Below the pieces are notes generated by a model. That model saw only the letters and a list, made by a program, of their open reading frames with translations. It was not told where the DNA came from and did not search any database. Below, piece after piece: positions 11,269 to 20,671 of a DNA stretch of 64,000 nucleotides; the stretch's first letter is position 1; each line of letters begins with the position of its first letter. Source of the stretch: Selaginella moellendorffii (taxonomy: Eukaryota > Plantae > Lycopodiophyta); assembly GCF_000143415.4 (NCBI RefSeq), contig NW_003314292.1, forward strand, positions 381,178-445,177. The letters run 5' to 3'. The position numbers were made by a program, and so were the translations under genes.

Positions 11269-14200
11269 TTAATGAATCTCACCTTGAACCCGGGTTATGA
11301 ATGCTCTTGCTGCATCTCTTGCATGGTCTGGCAAGGTGATGGTGGCACTCTGCTTCCGCATCCAACCATGCACGACATTATCCACCGATATGCTCATGCT
11401 GGGATCCCTTGGATTCAGCACCCATCTCTTTTCTAGGCAATCCTTCGTATATCCGAAACTTGGCTTGAACCACTCCACAATTACATTGAAGGAGTTAGTT
11501 TCCACGTCCTCCTCTACATCAGTGATGCAGCGCCCCACCCATATCATTTGTTTTTTATTACTGGGTCTGACAAGCACGACCATTCCTTTGCAGACCTGTA
11601 CTGGATTGAATGCTGAATCCGGCTTCTTGTTCCTCGGCCCACAATAGTGATCCTCAACATTGTTATCTGTCACTGCATTTCCAGAGGACATTGTTCCGCT
11701 ACTATCTGGTGCTCTGGGTTCTGGCCAAAAGGACTCTTCCAATTCTTCATATACAACCGGCCCATTTTGGATAGCAGATATAATCTTCTCCCAGTATTCG
11801 AGCAAAGGCTTGCACCTCTTAAAATAGGATTCTCCACCAAACACCAACCCCCTCTTCCAGAAGGCAATATGCTGTCTAATCCCGGCCACTATACTTTCCT
11901 GGTCTTTGAGTCCATCCGGGTGCATCGGCCGTGGGGAACCCTGAGGAATCATAGGTTCCCCAGTTATGGGATCTCTCTTGAAGAGTTCAATGCCGTCCAC
12001 TGGCAGCCACAGTGTGTCCCATTCTCTCATCTTGTACCTCATCACTGGAGCACCGTCACGCATGCTGAAATGAAATTGAAGAGGCTTGGAGTGACCAATC
12101 AGCGTTTCGGATCCGTCCCTGATGTAGCCTCTTACAAACCCTTTAAAGTCTGGAACCTCTATCACAAGTGCAGCTTCAACAGTGCCTTTGATGCAATTTT
12201 GGAATTCATCGTAGAGTTGTGGGAGGGTGAGGACATTGGATCGCCGGAGGGACTTTGCCAGGTGACTGAACATGGCATCGACGTCTTCATGAGTGTGCCC
12301 AACCATGAGAAAGTCAAGTGTAACTGTTTCAAATATGCCTTTGGCAACAAGCATCGCCAAGTACGCGAAGACGTACATGTTTTTGTTCTCACTGCCAGCA
12401 TTGTCTGTTTGGAGCAGAAGATAGGGTGGAAGGCCACATCGGCCGCAAGAACTTCCTTGAGATTCTGCTTCGTTTGGATGAGGCTGTGCATTCACCGGGC
12501 GACCAACCTCGTCGGAATGGCATGAGGCCTCACGTGATAACCCTACAATCTGACGGCCAACATATTCACTGGGATGGCATGGGGCCCCACGCGATACTGC
12601 AAGCCTTTGCTCCTCTTCCAGCTGAACCCTGTATCGACAAGGGCCTTATGCAAGGGTTGGCCGTTCAGCTCAGTCTGCGCACTTTGCAGAGACCTTAAAT
12701 GTTTTGCTAGGGATGCAATCATGTTTGCACCCCCGCCACCCCATAGAGGTACAAAGAAGTTCCCATAGTTCTGGGCACCATGCCCATGAGCGATTATGCC
12801 AAACAGAGACACAGGCAGCTGCATGGATGAAGAGATTGCCTTGGGGGCAGGATTGAGTCGAGGTAAGCACGTCTTTTTCTGGTCCATTTTGTCGTGGATG
12901 ATGCAGAGGTAAGAGTCAGGTCTCTCCATGGAGAGAATCTTGTTATGATAATATGCAGTCCTGCAGCTTCTCTGCTCGATGTTGTGGTCGAGCCGCCTTC
13001 TAACCAACGTCTCTCGCTCTTGAGTGCTGCAAGAATTCTTCGACAAAGCCATTTTGATAGCAGTGCACTCGTCACATTTTGAAAAGCTGGAGTACTTTCC
13101 TATACTCACATCCCTGAACCTGTTGCTCCACAATCTACTAAATCTAGATTGGCTCAGCTTCCTGTAGCCATTACTCTGGAGTTCCCGATTCACATCTTCC
13201 AATATGGCCCCCTTAGTATACATGGAAGGGAGAACTCGTTGGGTGTCTTGTGTTCCATCTTCCAAGAGGTGGGTTTTATGTGGTTGCTACTCGCTACATG
13301 TCTCAACAAACCTCTTGAAGATTGCCTCTCCATATACAACATGACCCCTGGTTTTGTGTGTACCGTCGTTCCCATGGACTGCCTGTTGAACCCTTTGTTC
13401 CTCGAACTCAGTTTTGATTCTGTAGAATGTGGTTCGAGGGACTCCATAAATGATTCTCCATGCCTTCATGCAGACCAAACCCCTCTGGAAGACCATGCCC
13501 CCCACCTGATGTTCTGAAGCATCAACAGATGACCGTAATGCCTCATACACAAAATTGCGAGTTGCCTTTCAGGACAATGTCTTGTATCTTGCTCTCTCCT
13601 CTTCAATAGCATCCCAATCAGCATGTTGACAGCACCTCCTCTTGCAACAAGCAACTGTCGAGACCATTCGAACCTCCATCGCTATTTTCTGCCTTTTCTG
13701 TTCGTTGCTCAGATCCCTTTGGCTGCGCTTTAGGAAGGTGTACTTTCTTTTCCCATGAAGAGATGTTCTGTCATCAGTTGTAGTGGTGTTTGATTGTGAA
13801 TCCTTCACATTCTCAAACACTAAATGCCTCAATTTCCACTGCACAATGCTTCCAATAGTCAGACTGTTTTCTTCTGTGTCAACAACCTCTAAAATCGCAA
13901 CTCCAATATCATCCCAGCCCAATTCTTGATTAGCAACCGCATCTCTTGGATCGACAACTGTGGCTAAGCCCTCAGCTACCACCTCCCCCTCGGTGAGGTT
14001 AGGTTTTGCATTTTGCTTCGTACTTGCGCTCGCATCGCGCTCCCACTCGCGATCACGCTCACATTCGCGCTCATCTACCTTCCATACAGGTTTCTCGTGT
14101 GCATCGGCGTCCACTAGCGCTTGCATCACACTCGCGCTTGCATCGCGCTCGTGTGCATTGGTGTCCACTTCAAGACACACCCAGTTTGTAACTTCGCCGC

Positions 14201-14444
14201 CAACTCCGCCGCCCACTCCGCCACCCACACGCAGCCCACTTGGCGTCCCGGGAGATTTCAGCGCCACTCTCCAACTGTAAGTGGCAAAGTAAGCCTTGCT
14301 GCTACGATCCGCTGCACACACAGTGCACATTCGCCAGCGAGTCCGGTTGTCACGCCTCCATTCGGCTTCAAATGGTAAGTCTTTTAGGCCCAGTAGAAAA
14401 TGGCATGAGGCCACATACCATTCAGTAGCAACATTGGCATGCAC
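11269..14444 (-). pseudogene. Sola-like / DUF7869-type DDD transposase (~1,000 aa), disrupted
   Basis: ORFs 13569-14444, 13287-13550 and 12543-13265 are one frame broken by TGA (13569) and TAG (13287); frameshift ~12630 into 11269-12495. Motifs CCKRRCC, VCMKAW..IYGV, FSKCDEC, IIHDKMDQ, LQTDNAGSENKN, FLMVGHTHEDVD; start codon uncertain. Confidence 0.8.
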
Positions 14445-16047
14445 CGATTGGGCTCTCGAGTGCAGTCTGGTTACAGATGGCGTGTAGCCTCACGCCATCT
14501 TAGGATGCAGCCTCAAGACATCTGATGCAGTGGTGAATGGCGTGTGGCCTCACGTTATTTCCAGCTGCTAGCTTTTCATCTGTCAGCTCTAATTGTTGTG
14601 CATTTCTGAATAGGCGAGGAATTGCATTCTTCTTCCAGCCACTGTCAATGTGGATGCAGAGAAGGGGGAGGAGCTCACCAGTTGGACTTTCGGGATGGAA
14701 GGCGAGGATCTGAGGCTGTACAACACAGATGGTGGGAGAAAAGAATGCATAGGGATCCTCATCCAAGTGACAGACACTCCATGCAGTTCCATGCAAGAAT
14801 ATGGACTGGCACTTGTGGTAGAGACAGCATTTGCTTTCAAGATCCACCTTGCACATCCTAGCGGCTTCCCGGAGGGGGGCAGCGGCTATGAGGAATTCCT
14901 AGAGGGAGCTAGGGAGAGGTTGTCCAGGAGGCCCACAATTTCAAAGACACTGCGGGTCTATGAAGATCACATGGAATCCACGGACCTCACCTACGGCGAT
15001 ATTCAAAAACTATATTCCAACATTGAGCCGTTGAGAGTGCCTCCAGTTCGCGAAGCGAAGGGGAAGGGGGTCGATCTGGAAACTACCCTGAAGCAGAAAA
15101 GGGTGGTCAAGCTCAATCCGACGTCCGACTCTCCTCCAAAAAAGAAGCTACTCGGTGATGCCATTGCCTCGGGTTCGAACACTACACCCACCAAAAAGAA
15201 GAGCCGTAAAGAGCAGAAAGAGCAAGAAGAGGCAGCAAAAATCGTCGCAGATAATAGTACTTGTTATTATTCCAACAAAGTATATACAATCGACGTGAGC
15301 CGTATCGACATCCAAAGCAAATACAACCACAGGCTAGTATCTGATGAGTGGGTGGAGAAACTGAAGCAGAAGATGCTGGCAAGTCCAGTAACACCCGACA
15401 TCGCAGACGTGATCCCCTACTACCGAACAATGAAGGGCGAGACGAGGTTTCCAGACTTGATCAATAGGAAGGTGTTGGACGATCAGAACATCTGGTTCTA
15501 TGCCGTCTCCGGGCAGCATTTTAGCTTGGCGATGCAAGAGATAGTTGTGGATATTATGGTGGGCGAGGAGGTGAAGAAAGTCTTCAAGACAAGAGTTGTC
15601 CGCCTGATAAAGGCAACTCGCCCCTTCGATCTATCCTATACATCTCCCACACGCAGAATGTCAAGCAAGAAACGTGCTACAAATCGGGTCTGCACGAGAC
15701 ATTGGCACGAACACGAAAGCTCTGGGTTCAACTGAAGAAGCCACAAAAACCAGGACAAGGACGTGCACTAGCAACTAGCGCCTGGCAAGTAAGCCTCATT
15801 GCATGTGGCATAGCATGTGGCCTCACGCCATTTCCATTGCAGGAATTCTCAAGTCTTCTCTCGAAAACACTGGGGGTCAATGACACACTCAGCATCCATA
15901 ACATTCTACTCGCGACAAAAGTTGTTTTTGACAAATGGGTAGATGTGCTGAGGAGGTACCATGACGGGGAGTTACTAAACTCAATGGGTGTGGAGGATGG
16001 CCGGAAGCCCAATGATTTAAAGCTCAACACCTTGCGTTTCTCGCGGT

Positions 16048-16640
16048 TGTAAGCAACCAAAGGAAACGACTTGAGAGACGATTTATGGGGTTCAAATATA
16101 AAGGGAAAGGGCCCATGAACAAGAGTGCACCCCCTTTTCCAATCGGTTAAGGGTCTTGGGATATTTGGGGTTAAGCGTCCTTGGGTTTGAATAGTACTGG
16201 GCTGGGTGACCTCCCGAGAAGTCCAAACTCAGGAGCTTACATTTGGTATCAGAGAGGTCTTGGGTCCGACTCTGTTGGTTGGCTAAGGGAATCACACCAC
16301 ATGTTGATTGACATCTGGCTGGTCCAGTTTGTTCCCGCTGGGCTCGACCCGAGGGGTAGGGTGTCAAGAGAGCGGGGCTCTCGGGAGAGCTGCGGCTCTC
16401 AGCTTCCGTTCACGAGGGTGTGAACTTGCAGGGAAGCGTGGTGGATTGTAAGCAACCAAAGGGAACGACTTGAGAGACGATCCATGGGGTTCAAATATAA
16501 AGGGAAAGGGCCCATGAACAAGAGTGCACCCCCTTTTCCAATCGGTTAAGGGTCTTGGGATATTTGGGGTTAAGCGTCCTTGGGTTTGAATAGTACTGGG
16601 CTGGGTGACCTCCCGGGAAGTCCAAACTCAGGAGCTTACA
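16048..16640 (+). mobile_element. Complete Cassandra-like TRIM (593 bp)
   Basis: 194-bp LTRs 16048-16241 and 16447-16640 (4 differences), PBS TGGTATCAGAG (tRNA-iMet) 16244-16254, PPT ~16430-16446, TSD GCGGT; removal restores the host reading frame (..LRFSR|SLDDDDLLTVAN..). Confidence 0.95.
16170..16224 (+). ncRNA. 5S rRNA-derived internal promoter segment (A box/IE/C box) in the TRIM LTR; second copy 16569-16623
   Basis: GTTAAGCGTCCTTGGGTTTGAATAGTACTGGGCTGGGTGACCTCCCG(A/G)GAAGTCC aligns without gaps to the 3' half of plant 5S rRNA. Confidence 0.85.
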
Positions 16641-19600
16641 GCGGTCTCTAGACGACGACGACCTTCTGACAGTGGCTAATGCTCTTCTACGTGGTGAGGT
16701 AGTCTTCAACAAGACCAAAATGACTCCCGGCCATATTGTGACATACGAGGACTTGTGCACGACTCTGAGAGCTCATGCGCTATTGAAGGATTGGATCTTC
16801 GAGCAAGTGGCCGTGGAGAGGGTGAGCATCGACACCACGCAAGAGATGATGGAAGCGCTGGATTTGTCAAATGAAGACATCGACGAGTACGTGAAGGGGG
16901 CCCCCAAGTTCATCGATCTGCTGCGGGATGCCACGAAAAGTAAAGCTGAGAAGTTGGATCAGTATCCAAATTTCATTAAGAGTGATGTCGACCGCCGGCT
17001 TCAGAAACAGCTCGACCCCGTAGCAGAGGCCTATCGAGAACCTTACCGGGTATACTTGAATTCGGATGAGGATCAAAGGTGGAGGAGCATCGTTTCCCGC
17101 GGAGATGAGCAGGTCAAGAACATCTTTTGTGTGATGGACTTCACAAACGAGGAGATCACTCATACAGACGAAGTCAGCTCCATCATTGACTTAATGGTGG
17201 GACTTGCGGAGGTGGAATCTTCAGTCCACTATATGATCTACGACTCCGAATCCTATCACAAGTTCTGGAAGGCCTTGAACGAGGTGAAGGCTCGGTTGAA
17301 AGGCAAGGAGATGCGGGAGATCCATGGGATAATGGCTAAGAAGAAGATACCGACGAATGTCCGCATCTTCACACTCGCCCTTGTTATTGGTCCTGCAGTA
17401 GAGTGGGACTGGAGTGACTTCCCAGCTTCGTTCGATAAGGCCAATCGAATTGATCTGAGGGAGGTCAATTTACCCGTGCCTGAGGAACTGAAGACGGATA
17501 TGGAGCTTTCGAATCCAAAGAAAGCTCCAGGTGCAGCATGGGAAATGCTCAGCTGGGTCTTCAACGCAATAGCGGGTGGGTCACCTGCTTCCGACTCCAA
17601 GGGTAAATGCGTTGTCGAGTACAACTGCGGCGGACTATTCTTTCGAGCCGCACTACTCAAGGGTGTCCCGTGTGTTGCGGTGACAAACTCCATTGAAGAG
17701 GTGACTTCAATGGAGCATATAATTACAGTTGCTAAAGAAAAACAGTATCTTCTCTGCGAACCTGGTAAGTACGCACTTTAAGTTTAAATGTTATCTCACA
17801 AGCTCTGTATGCAGGAGTGTGGCCACCCCCAGATGTTGAAACGGCATTAACAGCTACTGTTGAAGATACCCATGTTGGGCCGAGCTCACAACCTGCACAA
17901 GGTAAGGTCACGTGAGGCCTCACGCCATTTTGATTATAGATCGTTGTGAATATTCAGACACGAGGACTGAAAAGCGCACTGGTGGCGCGTCGAAGAAGGA
18001 CAAACAGACAAGCAATAGGAAAAAAGGAGGTACAAATTATATTTGCAATGGCGTGTGGTCTCATGCCATTCCTTGCAGGAGACACTTCTTCAAAGGCAAA
18101 ACAGGCAAGCACCAGCCAAGCTCAAACTGACAGTGGTCATAAAAAGTGAAAGCACGTTGGACAGTCGTCGGGATCAGAGGCGTTTGATTCGAAAAGGAAG
18201 AAGGGCAACGAAAAGATGATAGGTAATGCCTCGCGGTTATGGCGTGTGTGCTCATGCCATTCATTGCAGATCAAGGGCTGAGTGAAAGCAGGCAGTCACC
18301 ACCTCCTGACTTAGATTCCTATGGCGGACTCCCCTTCCCCAATCTCAATGGAGAGGTACAATAGATGAGGGATGCTTTTCAAGTCAGGGCCACGTTTTTC
18401 TCATCTCATCGTCTTCGAAGGGTGCAAGAACGTGCAGAAACCATGTTAAGACAGTCGGGTGAGGATACGGTCCTAGGTCACGCACTAAAACAGGCTATGG
18501 ATGTCTTGTATTTTGAGATGGAGACTCGGCCAGATGATTTTCCCAAGATGGTCCTAGAAGAACAAGCCATCCAGCCTGAGCAGCCTATGGAAGAAATGCA
18601 GGAGGGGGATGAGGAGCCAGAGAAAGATAATGAGCAGGAAGAGCAGAAGGACGAAGAGGAGGACAAAGAAGAGGAGGACGAAGAAGAGGAGGACGAAGAG
18701 GACTTGGATGGTCCTCACAATGGAGATGATCACAATAACGACGACGACGATGATGACGACGATGGCCAGGCTGAGGTGGCCAAAGAGCAGCGGAAGAAGG
18801 TCATACAAGACAAACCATCAGGTAAATAATAGTACATCCATTCCTAACCTTTTACCATTTCTAACATTGTCCATGTAGGTCGCAGAGCAAATGGTAAGTA
18901 GAGATTATTCAGTTGAATTTACAAACTCTAGCCTTTAGTGTCGAAGAAGGATAGTGCCAAGCAAGGGTCGAAACGTATGTCCAATCCTTCAGAATCAGCA
19001 GTGTGCCCAAGTGATATCGGTCCTAGTTCCTCAATAGCAGTTGATGGTAAATACAGTATAGTCGATTCAATGTGCTAATGAGTTTGTTTTTAGTAGCACG
19101 GGAGGATACCATCTCAATCGAAGGGAGATATTTGGACATGCATATGGATCCGCCAGTGGACTCTACTTGCCTGCAAGAGTCATCAGAGCTGGTGGAGGCT
19201 ACTATCCATATCAACGCCAAGCAAGCTGACCACGCTCCACTTGATGCTGCCCATACCACTGAGTCAATCTTGTCCACGTATCCAACTGACGGTGACCAGG
19301 CGCCATTGGACCCGCATGAGGCCACCCCAGCCACCGAGCCGGTCATATCCTCATTTCCAACAGACTCAATGTGTGCCCAATCGTCTGACTACGCGCCATT
19401 GGAACCTCCCTACACCGCCCCTGCTGCCTGTTCGGTCATGTCCACTTTGCCAACGGAGGCACCAGTTGAAATGGCGTGTGATCACACGCCATCGGAACCA
19501 CCCCATGCCACTATTGAGCCAGTTGTACCAGAGTCTACAGTTGAAATGGCATGTGCCCACACGCCATCGGATGCGATTGACCCCACATTGCAGAGGAGAG

Positions 19601-20647
19601 TATTTCTGCCCTTCACGTTTCCTCGACCAAAACCCTCTCAACGACCATCGGGAGCACCATTCGCTAATATTGTAGATGGTAAAATTGACTTGTACCATTT
19701 TTTATGCTGACGCATTTCATTTCAGAGTCACGGCGAAGGTACTGTATTGTTTTTTATATGAACGGTGTCCTTTTCTCCCATGAGCGTGGCTCGTCCTCGA
19801 ATGTCACTGCACCCTCCAAAGCCTGCGGTCGCAAGTTGGTCAAAAGAGACAGATTCATATTAATCACACGGGAGAAACTGCGGGATCTAATAATGACCAT
19901 GCGACACTTAAAACAGAGGGCCGGGTTCAATTTGCAATTGGGAGTTTGGACATCCATGATGCGCCACAATGCATTAACGTTGCTACAGATGATGCACGAT
20001 CAGACGCGAGTAATATTACCATTTGACTTTCTCCTAACGCAGGAGGATTGCTTGACTATGGTCCATGTGAGGGGTAGCAAGCCCATCTTCGTCAAGCCAG
20101 AGGCTGTAGTGATGAACCGGACTGCTAGGTCAAGTGAAATCCTCATCATCGATGACTCGCCGATTAAAACTACAGCGAACACGCACACATATGCAGTGCA
20201 CCCCATCTCTTGCAGTATGGAAACTAGGGAGAATAAACCGTATGTTCTGGGGGACCTTGCAAAACGGCTTGGAGCGATGGTGATAGAGAACCGGCCAGTC
20301 CAGGAGGTGGCTGCAAAAATCAACCAAATGGCAGATGGAACGGTATATCAGAAGCCATTTGATCGGACAGACACCAGTCATCATTTATGGCATGTATATT
20401 GTCTAGCCAAGCACTATCCACATCTCCATAATCTGCTCAACCGGATGGGTTCTTCGACCACTGAACATGAGCGTGGACGTATTAGAGAAGAGATGGCATT
20501 ACTATTGAGTTTAAATCCTGATAGTGTGGAGAGTGATGAAATTCCAAGATTATTGTATAGGCGTTGGACCCTCCCTAGGTTAGACTGGATTTAAGGTTTG
20601 GCTACACTTCCCGCAGACACAAGTAGCCAAGCACACCAAGCCTCTAA

Positions 20648-20671
20648 AAGCTCTATTTCGTTAAAGTGGGA
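20648..20671 (+). repeat. 24-bp terminal motif, copy 2 (direct orientation), overlapping an AAGTGGGA...TCCCACTT hairpin
   Basis: Identical to 10477-10500; lies 53 bp after the accessory gene stop. Confidence 0.9.

Larger units (their letters stand above)
14695..20594 (+). pseudogene. Multi-exon accessory gene: ParB-like + DNA-methyltransferase-like + acidic linker + FCP1/NIF HAD-like (~1,620 aa), disrupted
   Basis: Exons 14695-15788, 15843-16047+16646-17764, 17815-17901, 17940-18029, 18079-18222, 18270-18821, 18879-18893, 18939-19046, 19094-19678, 19726-20594 join in frame via GT-AG introns of 38-57 nt. Lesions: frameshift ~15635, TRIM insertion, TGA 18147, TAG 18362. Confidence 0.7.

Noticed and set aside
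11647-12525. 292-aa plus-strand ORF (likewise 24057-24653 and 31598-32194)
   Set aside because: Antisense or alternative-frame shadows of transposase and integrase coding sequence; no motifs
11269-13265. HUH (Replitron/Helitron) endonuclease suggested by HTH/HGH strings and direct end repeats
   Set aside because: The surrounding motifs (DKMDQ, DN..ENKN, GHTHEDVD) fit an RNase H-fold DDD transposase; no catalytic Tyr motif recognised
16170-16224. Bona fide 5S rRNA gene
   Set aside because: Only the 3' half matches, there is no T-run terminator, and it lies inside TG...CA LTRs
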